DNA from: an uncultured Pseudobdellovibrionaceae bacterium
GTDB lineage: Bacteria > Bdellovibrionota > FAC87 > UBA2466
Length of the DNA stretch: 64,000 nucleotides
Direction: 5' to 3'
NCBI GenBank assembly: GCA_964604555.1
Contig: CAZRZK010000012.1
Coordinates: 7,870-71,869 of the forward strand
Part shown: positions 44,156 through 52,995 of the stretch, piece after piece
How the letters are laid out: every line of letters begins with the position of its first letter
Numbering within the stretch: the stretch's first letter is position 1
The notes under the pieces: model-generated
The model's input: the letters and a program-made list of their open reading frames with translations, nothing else
What the model was told of the DNA's origin: nothing
Database searches by the model: none
Program-made: the position numbers and the translations under genes

Positions 44156-45858
44156 AGGTTTTTTGTTTTCTGGGCGCGGTTCTTCAGTAGTTTCGCCTGC
44201 TCAATTCCCGGCTTCATCACCTCTTCACCCGATAGGATTCGGGCAATCTCCTCGGCGCTGTCGCTTTCCGACAGGCGACGCACCACCGTTTGAGTCCGTT
44301 GCGATTTCCCAACCTTCTCTACCCTAAAATGGGCGTCGGCATAAGCAGCCACCTGAGCTAAGTGAGAAACACAAAGCACCTGAAACTGTTTTGAAAGCCC
44401 CTGCATCTTGCGTCCTACAACATCGGCCACCTTTCCGGAAATCCCAGTGTCAATCTCGTCGAAGATCAAAACGCAGGTATCGGCATCGGCAGTGAGGACT
44501 CGTTTCATCGCCAACATAATCCGGGAGAGCTCGCCTCCAGAGGCGACCTGCACCAGAGGTTTTGCTGATTCTCCCGGGTTTGCCGAAAGCAGAAACTGGC
44601 ATTGCTCAGCCCCTGCTTCTGACAACGAAGCAAACTTTTCAGCGGGAGTTTCGCCTATCGATCCAATGGACTGGAAACGAGAAGCAAAGTGGGCCTGGGG
44701 CATTGCCAACTCTTTTAATTCTTTTTCAATCGCCGACTTCATTTTATCGGATGCTTTCCGACGGGCCCGACTCAAAGCCTCCCCTTGCGCAACCAAGGCA
44801 TCGACCCCCGCTTCAAACTCCGATTTCAACGCCGCTAATCGGGTCTGTAATTTTTCAAACGAATTCAGTTTTTCACTCAGTTCCTCTTGGGCCCGCACCA
44901 ACTCCGTAACTGTTGCCACTCCGCATTTGCGGAAAAGTTGCTGATAATGATAAAGGCGCTCCTGAGCCGCATCGATCTTCTCTTCGCTAAACTCCGATTG
45001 CTCCAATTGACGGGAGAGTTGGTATTGCGCCTCTTCGATCAACGATTTTGCCTGAATCAATTCCTCTCGAATCGCGGAGTTCAAAGAATGGGAATGACGA
45101 ATGGCATCTTTCAAGCGATCGGAAACCCCATCGGCGTCACCGAGTGCCTCGAGCACTGCACGACTGGCCTCTACCGACTTGGATCCCTTCTGGGCCTGTT
45201 CGGTAAACTCTTTCAACGAAGCAAAATCTTTTTCAGTGGGAGCAAACTTCTCCAACTCTTCCAATCTGAAACAGGCCAACTCGCGATGCTTCTCCAATTC
45301 CTCAATTTCTTTTTCAAGCTGAGTAATTTCCCCTTTGACCTGACGGCAAATCACATATTGGGCCCGGTAGTTCTCCAACACCCTTTTATCGGCAAGAAAA
45401 CTATCGACGTATCGCAGGTGTTCACTCTCCTTCATAAGCCTTTGGTTTTCGTGTTGGCCAAAAAGGTCTATCAAAGTGCTGCCGATTGCTTTTAGAGTGG
45501 CCAAAGTGACCGGAGTGTCATTCACCCAGGCCTCCGCTTTTCCTTTATTCGAAAGGCTGCGCCGCAAAAGGAGCTGGGCATGGCCATCGACTTCTTCCCA
45601 GGGAATGCCATGATTGGAAACTAATAATAGGGCTGGATGCTCGCCCTTCACTAGGAAGCGCCCCGTAGCATTCGCCCTTGCCACCCCCTCGCGCAACATA
45701 TCGGTACTCACCTTCCCCCCGGCGATAAATTGGAGGGCCCGGATGAGAATGGACTTTCCAGAACCGGTCTCTCCGGTGAGCACATTAAACCCGGATTCAA
45801 ATTCCACTTGGAGGGAGTCGATCAGCGCCAACCCCTGTACCGTCAGACTTTGCAGCAT
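44146..45858 (-). CDS. recN: DNA repair protein RecN
   Basis: I chose the start at 45858 (MLQSLTVQGLALIDSLQVEFESGFNVLTGETGSGKSILIRAL). There are long coiled-coil regions. C-terminal signature ASGGELSRIMLAMK...LIFDEIDTGISG. Confidence 0.9.
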   Translation of the reverse strand: MLQSLTVQGLALIDSLQVEFESGFNVLTGETGSGKSILIRALQFIAGGKVSTDMLREGVARANATGRFLVKGEHPALLLVSNHGIPWEEVDGHAQLLLRRSLSNKGKAEAWVNDTPVTLATLKAIGSTLIDLFGQHENQRLMKESEHLRYVDSFLADKRVLENYRAQYVICRQVKGEITQLEKEIEELEKHRELACFRLEELEKFAPTEKDFASLKEFTEQAQKGSKSVEASRAVLEALGDADGVSDRLKDAIRHSHSLNSAIREELIQAKSLIEEAQYQLSRQLEQSEFSEEKIDAAQERLYHYQQLFRKCGVATVTELVRAQEELSEKLNSFEKLQTRLAALKSEFEAGVDALVAQGEALSRARRKASDKMKSAIEKELKELAMPQAHFASRFQSIGSIGETPAEKFASLSEAGAEQCQFLLSANPGESAKPLVQVASGGELSRIMLAMKRVLTADADTCVLIFDEIDTGISGKVADVVGRKMQGLSKQFQVLCVSHLAQVAAYADAHFRVEKVGKSQRTQTVVRRLSESDSAEEIARILSGEEVMKPGIEQAKLLKNRAQKTKNLQP

Positions 45859-46043
45859 AATCCCATGGTGACACATTCCCCCCACCCTGAGCAAGCAGTA
45901 GCAAGCTCACTAAAAGGGGTCGACAAAGCCGCGGAGATCATTTGTTAACGATTCACCGCATCTAAACCCTTGTGCTCCTTGCATTTTGTCGCAATGTTAA
46001 CAAATGTAGATTCAGGGTTGACATGGATTTGCAAGGGGGACAC

Positions 46044-48281
46044 ATGAATCGACAATCCAAAACACCAGCAATGATAACGGCAGCAATGGGTTTGGTCTTG
46101 AGCCTGACAGTCACAACGGGCTGTCAGAAAAAGGCCGAAAACCTAGCGCCCACTGCAGACAATGTAGTGGAATCGGATAATCCAAATGCCAATAAAACCA
46201 TCGGAGACGACAATGGGAAGTTCCAGGTTTTAGGCAACAACACCGTTGATGAAAAGAAAAAATCCGGCCGAATCGTCTCTGTAAATGAGGCGATTGCGAT
46301 GAACGTGCTTCGGGTACCTGAGGCAGCACCTCTCCAACCCGATGTCGTTCCTTCAAATCATGAAAGGAATGATCCGCCTTCCCTGACACTCGGATACCCT
46401 CTCTCCCTTTTGGGAGAAAACCAGGTGTTTGGCGGCGTGATTACTACCGTCAGCGATAAGGAGAATGATGATCTGGGAATGTTAAAGCTCACCGATCTTC
46501 CACCGCTCCATGCTCGTTCAAAGATCTTGAAGATCGACAAAGACAAGTTTGGGTTTGTGCTCTTTGGATGTGTCGAGCAATGCACCGAAGCTTCGAAGCA
46601 GGAGCCTCTCATCGCCATTCCAGTCCTTGGAATTGATCTCGATAAGCAGACCGCCCTGCTCGATCTTTCGGTCTTAGGATCGGAGCTGAATCTGATTCAG
46701 ATGCTGGATCCTGTGGGTGCTTATACTCAACTTCAGACCAAAAAATCGGAAGTGGTCCGTTTTGATTTCTCGGCTTCCACTTTAGTGTTTGATGTCGAGG
46801 TCACGATGGTTCCCATCGGCACTGAACCGAATGATGCCGAAGCACCTGAAACCAAGTTTACGATTCGGTGGTACCTACGCCTAGGTTCAGCCTTCAACCC
46901 GGCTTTTGAAGTCCGGAAGGCGACCGAAGGGGTTGGGTTCTTCATGACCGAACGGTCCTTGGTTCCAAAAGTGCAACGTTTTGCTCAGTTTGCGGTCGAA
47001 GGCACCACAGAGAAGATTGGGCCGATCCATTACTTCATCAAGAATGTTCCAGAAGAGCATAAAGCCGCCTTCAAGGCAGCCTTTGATCAATGGAATAAAC
47101 ACTTTCTTGAAGTCACAGGGAATCCCATCTTCAGCTATGATTTCGTAAATGAATCGGATCCGCAATCAAAGCTCCTTGTTCCAGGGGATGTGCGGTTTAA
47201 CATCCTTGAATGGGACCTCGTGAATGCGGCCCCTTACGGTGGTTTGGGACCGTCGATTGCGAACCAATTTACCGGTGAGATCTTATCGGCCAATGTGCTC
47301 ATCCAAGGGCCGGCGGTCATTGAGATCTATACCAAGTGGTTCGAAGCGGCCCGTTCCAATGATCGGAATGTCATGATGAAAACGATGCGCGAGCTCCGAA
47401 AAAAATTCGATAGCAAGGCAAAAGACAGATCTTTCCGACTCACTTTAGGAACCAAGCTCGGATTTAAAGTACGGTCGCAAATGCCGGCCTTCGAAGATCC
47501 CCTCTTTTCAAAAGAGGATTTCGACGAAATCCCAACCGGAGTGGATTACAAAAGCTACATGTCCGGTTACTTCCAAGAGATGGTCGCACATGAGTTAGGC
47601 CACAACGTGGGGTTACGGCATAACTTCCGAGGAAACCTGAACTCGGCTGGATTAGAAGAGGGCAAAGTCTCTAGCTCCATCATGGAATACTTGGGGAGAG
47701 GATTCCGCCACCTGAATCGAATTGCCGAATACGATGTATTGGCAATCAAATACGGTTACACCGGTGTTGAACCCACCAAACGGGATCTCTTCTGCACCGA
47801 TGAACATGTAGCGGTTCTAAAGGATACTGCCTCTTCTCCAGAATGCTCACGGGATGATGCGACCAGTGACCCCTTCAGCTTCTTTGAAGGACGAGTAACA
47901 CGGGCGATCGACCTGTTAGTACTCAGGAATGAGAAAGTAGCACCTGAATCCAAGATTGCCGATGTCGAGGCTAAACTCGCCACTGCCATCAATGGACTTG
48001 GCTACTACGCTTCCCATGCTGAGAAAACGGCGGAGAAGTGGACCCACTTCTTTAAAGGAGCTGAGGATCGTCCTAAAACCGCGGCGGAGGTGAAGGAATA
48101 TACCCTTACCAAGATCCGCAAGCAGGTTTGCGATGCCTCCCTCCTCCATGAAGTTGAAATCAAGGAGGATGAAGCGGCCAAGAAAGCGACCGAGGAGAAC
48201 ATTGCCGAGCTGAAAAAGAGCGTCACCAAGTCATTGAGTGCGCTCAACCTCATCAAAGCAAACGCAGTCCTCTGCGAATAA
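46044..48281 (+). CDS. zinc metalloprotease lipoprotein (zincin, HExxH)
   Basis: I chose the start at 46044 (MNRQSKTPAMITAAMGLVLSLTVTTGC lipobox), preceded by AAGGGGGA. The zinc site is VAHELGHNVGLRHNF, with downstream SSIMEY. Confidence 0.8.
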   Translation: MNRQSKTPAMITAAMGLVLSLTVTTGCQKKAENLAPTADNVVESDNPNANKTIGDDNGKFQVLGNNTVDEKKKSGRIVSVNEAIAMNVLRVPEAAPLQPDVVPSNHERNDPPSLTLGYPLSLLGENQVFGGVITTVSDKENDDLGMLKLTDLPPLHARSKILKIDKDKFGFVLFGCVEQCTEASKQEPLIAIPVLGIDLDKQTALLDLSVLGSELNLIQMLDPVGAYTQLQTKKSEVVRFDFSASTLVFDVEVTMVPIGTEPNDAEAPETKFTIRWYLRLGSAFNPAFEVRKATEGVGFFMTERSLVPKVQRFAQFAVEGTTEKIGPIHYFIKNVPEEHKAAFKAAFDQWNKHFLEVTGNPIFSYDFVNESDPQSKLLVPGDVRFNILEWDLVNAAPYGGLGPSIANQFTGEILSANVLIQGPAVIEIYTKWFEAARSNDRNVMMKTMRELRKKFDSKAKDRSFRLTLGTKLGFKVRSQMPAFEDPLFSKEDFDEIPTGVDYKSYMSGYFQEMVAHELGHNVGLRHNFRGNLNSAGLEEGKVSSSIMEYLGRGFRHLNRIAEYDVLAIKYGYTGVEPTKRDLFCTDEHVAVLKDTASSPECSRDDATSDPFSFFEGRVTRAIDLLVLRNEKVAPESKIADVEAKLATAINGLGYYASHAEKTAEKWTHFFKGAEDRPKTAAEVKEYTLTKIRKQVCDASLLHEVEIKEDEAAKKATEENIAELKKSVTKSLSALNLIKANAVLCE

Positions 48282-48295
48282 TAAACTGTCTCAAA

Positions 48296-48331
48296 GCGCC
48301 GTTCTTCAATAAGGAGAACGGCGCTTTTTTT
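48296..48331 (+). terminator. rho-independent terminator of the metalloprotease gene
   Basis: GCGCCGTTCT-TCAATAAG-GAGAACGGCGC followed by a T8 run. It begins 15 nt after the stop codon. Confidence 0.8.
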
Positions 48332-48357
48332 TGCCTCACTGTCATTCGAAATTAATT

Positions 48358-48432
48358 GTCATTGCGAGGAGCCAAAGGCGACGAAGCAATCTCGCCGGCA
48401 TTGCTTCGTCGCCTTCGGTTCCTCGCAATGAC
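48358..48432. repeat. best-preserved hairpin copy of the dispersed GTCATTGCGAGG...GACGAAGCAAT repeat family
   Basis: GTCATTGCGAGGAGCCAAAGGCGACGAAGCAAT-CTCGCCGGC-ATTGCTTCGTCGCCTTCGGTTCCTCGCAATGAC. The arms are 33 nt with about 2 mismatches. Confidence 0.8.
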
Positions 48433-48456
48433 CGCCTTTTTGGTATGTAACTTCTA

Positions 48457-48963
48457 TTAATGAGTCGACCGCTTCAACAAGTGAAGTGCTTGTCGTATCA
48501 CCTCAGTATCGGATCGAACACCTAAAGCTGTGCGAAGATTCTTAAGGAGCTCAATCTCATCTTGATACATTCGAAACGTTTTGAGTCGTGAAGCGCCTCG
48601 ACTTTTTTTAGGCAACCATTTGCAATATTCTGATGAAGGAATTCCCCGGAACTCTTGGTGTGCATTTCCAGAGAGAATTTCACTCACTATAATTTTGAGA
48701 TCCTGCGGGGTTTTATACATCCGGAGATATTTGGGACGGGTCGCGATAAGAGCAGGAAGGACCTCTAAAATGCGAGGCTCTATGGTTCCGGCCCATAAGG
48801 CATCTTCAATTTCTACCGGCCCGCCGTATTCTGGAATATCAGGTGCATCTAATAGTTTTGCTCGTTTCAGCTTACCTACCACATGTACAAATCTATCGGT
48901 TCTCTTCGCAGCTGCGAGCATCCTCGCTTTAGCTTGAAACTTTTTCAGGATTTTATCGTTCAT
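48457..48963 (-). CDS. hypothetical protein with a C-terminal ribbon-helix-helix-like DNA-binding tail
   Basis: 168 aa from the ATG at 48963, or 169 aa from the GTG at 48966. The C-terminus is KTFRMYQDEIELLKNLRTALGVRSDTEVIRQALHLLK, which follows the strand-helix-helix pattern of CopG/Arc-type RHH domains. The N-terminal ~120 aa are unassigned. The start overlaps the upstream stop codon (TGATG). Confidence 0.6.
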   Translation of the reverse strand: MNDKILKKFQAKARMLAAAKRTDRFVHVVGKLKRAKLLDAPDIPEYGGPVEIEDALWAGTIEPRILEVLPALIATRPKYLRMYKTPQDLKIIVSEILSGNAHQEFRGIPSSEYCKWLPKKSRGASRLKTFRMYQDEIELLKNLRTALGVRSDTEVIRQALHLLKRSTH

Positions 48964-49439
48964 CACTTTAGAAATTCCTCAAGATCAATTTCATATTTCT
49001 TAGCAAGCTGTAAGAACAATGGGCTCGGTTGGGTTCCGAGATACTCAATAATGAGGTTTTCGTTCTTCTTTCTTGCCATTTTAGCCTTTGAAACAAGGAC
49101 ATATTCCGGCTGCGCTACAAAGCACTTCACAAATTTGCCTGCATAAATTGGATTGAACTGTGTCTCCTTCGGCATCCATGCTTCATGACCCACAGGATCA
49201 ATTTTCTTTCCATGGATTGCGAGCAAAGCATCTAATTTCTCCCGAATGGCGCCATGCAACTGTTTATGCAAATCCACATCCATTGTGGCCGCTAATCGAA
49301 TACCCATACGTGCTTCTAAAAGAGCGGTTTGTCCAATGATATAGAGCTCACAGTGTTGCACGAGGGTTCCCATTTCCGCCCTCTCCTGGTTTTCTTCGGT
49401 TAACCATTTATCGAGTTCTTTGCAAACTTCCTTTAGCAT
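48963..49439 (-). CDS. nucleotidyltransferase-fold protein (AbiEii/DUF6036-like minimal NTase)
   Basis: 158 aa. ELYIIGQTALLEARMGIRLAATMDVDL resembles the G[GS]-x(n)-DxD NTase core. VLVSKAKMARKKNENLIIEYL resembles the K..A.R.kD helix of that family. The assignment is by eye. Confidence 0.5.
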   Translation of the reverse strand: MLKEVCKELDKWLTEENQERAEMGTLVQHCELYIIGQTALLEARMGIRLAATMDVDLHKQLHGAIREKLDALLAIHGKKIDPVGHEAWMPKETQFNPIYAGKFVKCFVAQPEYVLVSKAKMARKKNENLIIEYLGTQPSPLFLQLAKKYEIDLEEFLK

Positions 49440-49447
49440 AAATACAT

Positions 49448-49499
49448 AATATCACAACTGATATTCTGATATATACAATTATTATGCATTTAATATCAA
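49448..49499 (-). promoter_or_regulatory. promoter (TTGATA-18 nt-TATATA on the minus strand) overlapped by four AATATCA/TGATATT heptamers
   Basis: -35 is the reverse complement of 49494-49499, and -10 is the reverse complement of 49470-49475. A perfect palindrome AATATCA-CAAC-TGATATT lies at 49448-49465. Further heptamers lie at 49467-49473 (TGATATA, overlapping -10) and 49492-49498 (AATATCA, overlapping -35). Confidence 0.55.
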
Positions 49500-49513
49500 T
49501 AACTTAGTAATAA

Positions 49514-51043
49514 TTACATCGGCATAATGGGATAATGGCGAGTCCGCGGAGAATTCTTAAGCCCGTAATAACCTAAGCGCTGCACCAGACTCTGCCTCAG
49601 ATCGGAAGCCTCGATCATATCGTCGATAACCAGCTCATTCGCCAGCCGGTGAATATCGACATCCTTTTCATACTCCTCCACCTTTTTGGCAAAGAAACTC
49701 TTCTTCTCTTCGGGGGACATCGCCTCCATCTTATTGTAATAGACTGCGTTCACGGCAGGCTCCGCCCCCATCACCGCAATTTTGGCGGTGGGGAGTGCAA
49801 TCACGCAGTCGGACCCAAACGCAGGTCCCGACATCGCATAGAGTCCCGCGCCAAAAGCTTTGCGGACTACCACACAGATCTTAGGAACCGTGGCGGTCGA
49901 CATGCTGTGGATCATCTTGGCTCCCGCCCGGATCATTCCCTCTTTTTCTACTTTCGATCCGATCATGTAGCCCGGAACATCGGCGAAAAATAAAATAGGG
50001 AGTTGATAGCTCTGGCAGATCTGCATAAAGCGCGCCGCCTTATTTGAAGACTCCACAAAAAGGACGCCTCCTTTTACCATCGGTTGGTTCGCGACAATTC
50101 CCACGGCACGCCCTTCAATGCGAGCAAAGGCGGTGACCACCTCTTTCGCGTAAAGCTCCTTCACTTCAAAAAGGGAATCCTTATCGACGACTCCTTTTAA
50201 CACTTGCCGCATGTCATAGGCTCGATTCTGGGCTTCAGGTATCAACCCCGCCAGTTTATCGGCAGAAATTTCAGGAGCAGTTGGCGCAATTGCAGACACT
50301 CCCGATACAAAATCTTTCGGCATGTAAGATAAATATTTTTTGGCTAAAGCGATGGCACTTTTTTCATCAGGGGCTAAATAATCGCCACACCCACTAGTCG
50401 TGCAATGCATGCGGGCGCCGCCCATCTCTTCGAGAGTCACCTTCTCCCCAATCACCGCCTCGGCCATACGAGGGGATCCTAGGTACATACTGGCGTTTCC
50501 TTCGACCATGATGACGATATCGCAAAAAGCGGGAATATAGGCGCCTCCTGCAGCTGACGGGCCAAACAGAATGCAGATCTGAGGGAAGCGGCCCGAGAAG
50601 TTGGCCTGATTAAAAAAGATCCTCCCGGCCCCTCTTCTGCCCGGAAACATCTCTACCTGATCGGTGATGCGTGCTCCAGCGCTATCGACGAGATAGAAAA
50701 CTGGAACTTGCAACCTTTCCGCTGTCTCTTGGAGCCTTAAGATCTTTTCAACGGTTCGCGCGCCCCATGATCCCGCCTTTACGGTGGAATCATTAGCGGC
50801 AATCGCTACCGTTTTACCGTCGATTTTACCGAGTCCGGTGACCACTCCATCCGCAGCCAAGCCTTCAGCTAGGCAGTTGGCAAAAAGGCCGTCTTCTATA
50901 AAACTGCCCTTGTCACACAGCAACTCAATCCGATCCCGGGCAAAGAGTTTTTTACTCTCAACCAATTTCGCCCGATTTTTTTCGCCCCCTCCTTGAGAGA
51001 GGCGTTTCCTCATTGCCGTAATTGTTTCGCCCGTTGCTGACAT
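49514..51043 (-). CDS. acyl-CoA carboxylase carboxyltransferase subunit (methylcrotonyl-CoA carboxylase beta type)
   Basis: 509 aa. LFARDRIELLCDKGSFIEDG..., ANDSTVKAGSWG and GPSAGGGAYIPA. The cluster context includes HMG-CoA lyase and an enoyl-CoA hydratase. Confidence 0.85.
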   Translation of the reverse strand: MSATGETITAMRKRLSQGGGEKNRAKLVESKKLFARDRIELLCDKGSFIEDGLFANCLAEGLAADGVVTGLGKIDGKTVAIAANDSTVKAGSWGARTVEKILRLQETAERLQVPVFYLVDSAGARITDQVEMFPGRRGAGRIFFNQANFSGRFPQICILFGPSAAGGAYIPAFCDIVIMVEGNASMYLGSPRMAEAVIGEKVTLEEMGGARMHCTTSGCGDYLAPDEKSAIALAKKYLSYMPKDFVSGVSAIAPTAPEISADKLAGLIPEAQNRAYDMRQVLKGVVDKDSLFEVKELYAKEVVTAFARIEGRAVGIVANQPMVKGGVLFVESSNKAARFMQICQSYQLPILFFADVPGYMIGSKVEKEGMIRAGAKMIHSMSTATVPKICVVVRKAFGAGLYAMSGPAFGSDCVIALPTAKIAVMGAEPAVNAVYYNKMEAMSPEEKKSFFAKKVEEYEKDVDIHRLANELVIDDMIEASDLRQSLVQRLGYYGLKNSPRTRHYPIMPM

Positions 51044-51047
51044 CGTT

Positions 51048-51848
51048 TTACTCTCCCAGGTAGTTGGGTTTGCGTTTCTCGGCGAAGGCCTTCAATCCTT
51101 CAAGCCGATCTTTGGAGTAGAGGCATTGTTTATAACATTCCAATTCGTAGTTGAGCCCTTCCGGCATCGTCCGTTCTGCCGCCCCCCGCACCGCCCGTTT
51201 CGCCTGCTTCAATGCAATCGGTCCCGCCTCCAACAGTTCCTTCGCCCATTGAGTGGCCTCAGCCATCACTTGCCCCGTCTTTACCACCTTATGCAATATG
51301 CCCAGTTGAAGCGCTTCGGCCGCGGTGATTCGACGGGCAAACAATACCAGTTCCAGCGCTTTCGCCGTGCCAACTAACTTTTGGATGCGTTGAGTCCCCC
51401 CATTTCCGGGGATAATCGCTAGGTCCACTTCCGGGAAACCGACGGTGACATGTTCTTCAGCGAGCCGAAAATCGGAGACCAGGGCCAACTCCATTCCTCC
51501 ACCCAGGGCCAATCCATTGATTGCCGTAATCACCGGAAAGGAGAGGTTTTCGATCCGTTGATAGAGGCGATGGACAAAATCCATCCGGACCAAAATATCC
51601 TTTTCGTTCATCCCCTGCCGTTCCTTTAAATCCGCACCCACACAGAAGGCTTTATCCCCGGTACCGGTAATGATGAGCACCCTCACCGTCTTGTCGGTTT
51701 CAACGAGATCGACAAAGCGCTTCAGATCTTCAAATAGCTCTTTATTGAGCGCATTTAATTTCTCGGGACGGTTAAGCGTGAGATAAAAAATCCCGCCATC
51801 CCTTTTTGTAATGAGACAATCACTTGTTTTTGCCATTCTCTCCCCCAA
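51048..51848 (-). CDS. enoyl-CoA hydratase/isomerase family protein (methylglutaconyl-CoA hydratase candidate)
   Basis: Crotonase fold motifs: RVLIITGTGDKAFCVGADLKE and AINGLALGGGMELALVSD. Confidence 0.85.
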   Translation of the reverse strand: MGERMAKTSDCLITKRDGGIFYLTLNRPEKLNALNKELFEDLKRFVDLVETDKTVRVLIITGTGDKAFCVGADLKERQGMNEKDILVRMDFVHRLYQRIENLSFPVITAINGLALGGGMELALVSDFRLAEEHVTVGFPEVDLAIIPGNGGTQRIQKLVGTAKALELVLFARRITAAEALQLGILHKVVKTGQVMAEATQWAKELLEAGPIALKQAKRAVRGAAERTMPEGLNYELECYKQCLYSKDRLEGLKAFAEKRKPNYLGE

Positions 51849-52770
51849 AATACATTTCTAATTTTACTTGGCCACCTTTGACTAAAATATTATGAATCGC
51901 GCTCTGTGGTTGAAGCCCAAAATCTTTTTTCAGTACACTCAAAGTGTTTTCAATCTCTGCTAACGGAAAGAAATTCCGTCTTTGCTGACGGTAAAATAGA
52001 TACATGAGCGATTCCGACGCCACATTCCCGGTGGCTCCCTTGGCGTAGGGACACCCTCCGATCCCGCCTAGAGAACCATCAAAGGATCGCACCCCAGCCT
52101 GGTAACCGGCCTCGGCATTGGCGAGGGCCATTCCATAGGTATCATGGAGGTGAAGCACTAACTTATTTGCTTCTATGTTTGATTTCGCCCCCTCGACCAC
52201 TTCCTGGATCAATTCTGGTGTGGCCACTCCAATGGTATCACTCAAAGCCAACTCATCCGGCTGAAGAGCTGCGATTTTTTTTACGACTTCAAGCGTTTGA
52301 TTCGGCTTTACTGCCCCTTCATAGGGACATCCAAAAGCGGTCGAGAGATAGATCCGGCACTTTCTTCCTTGAGTTTTCGCTAACGTTACGACTTCTTTGA
52401 GCTGAATTAATGTCTCATCGATAGAACTGTTCACATTTTTTTGATTGAAGCTCTCAGTTGCCGCCACAAAGGCCGAGGCCCAGGGGATGGAAAAACAGAG
52501 CAGCCGTTCCAGCCCTTTTCGATTGGGCACAAAGGCCATGAGTTCAACACCCGGATGTTTTTCACTGGACAGTTTATTCAAGAAAGCTTCGGAATCTTGG
52601 AATTGAGGCACCCATTTGGGATGCACAAAGCTTGTTACCTCAAGTCGTTCAAAACCGCATTTGACGAGGGCCCTAAAAAGAGAAAGCTTCTGTTCGGCAG
52701 AATAGAGGGTGCTCTCCATCTGGAGGCCATCTCGAAGCGTAACATCTGTGAGCCTTACTTGTTGATCCAT
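51820..52770 (-). CDS. hydroxymethylglutaryl-CoA lyase
   Basis: VRLTDVTLRDGLQ start, HLHDTYGMALAN, and GGLGGCPYAKGATGN-type motif (GSLGGIGGCPYAKGATGNV). Confidence 0.9.
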   Translation of the reverse strand: MDQQVRLTDVTLRDGLQMESTLYSAEQKLSLFRALVKCGFERLEVTSFVHPKWVPQFQDSEAFLNKLSSEKHPGVELMAFVPNRKGLERLLCFSIPWASAFVAATESFNQKNVNSSIDETLIQLKEVVTLAKTQGRKCRIYLSTAFGCPYEGAVKPNQTLEVVKKIAALQPDELALSDTIGVATPELIQEVVEGAKSNIEANKLVLHLHDTYGMALANAEAGYQAGVRSFDGSLGGIGGCPYAKGATGNVASESLMYLFYRQQRRNFFPLAEIENTLSVLKKDFGLQPQSAIHNILVKGGQVKLEMYFGGENGKNK

Positions 52771-52779
52771 TTTTTGCGG

Positions 52780-52995
52780 TCACCCGTCCAGCTCTAATAG
52801 CGTTTCACCATCATTCACAAAATCCCCGGCCGCCTTTTTAACGGCGGTCACCTTTCCCGCATGGCTACTCACTACCGGGACTTCCATCTTCATCGATTCC
52901 AATACCACCACCTCTTGCCCTGCACCCACACTATCCCCTACCCCGACTTTAAACTCCACGACCGTTCCGGCCATTTCACTTTTGATTGCCTTCAT
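52780..52995 (-). CDS. stand-alone 71-aa biotinyl (biotin carboxyl carrier) domain protein
   Basis: The whole ORF is a single biotinyl domain with VLESMKMEVPV. Confidence 0.8.
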   Translation of the reverse strand: MKAIKSEMAGTVVEFKVGVGDSVGAGQEVVVLESMKMEVPVVSSHAGKVTAVKKAAGDFVNDGETLLELDG

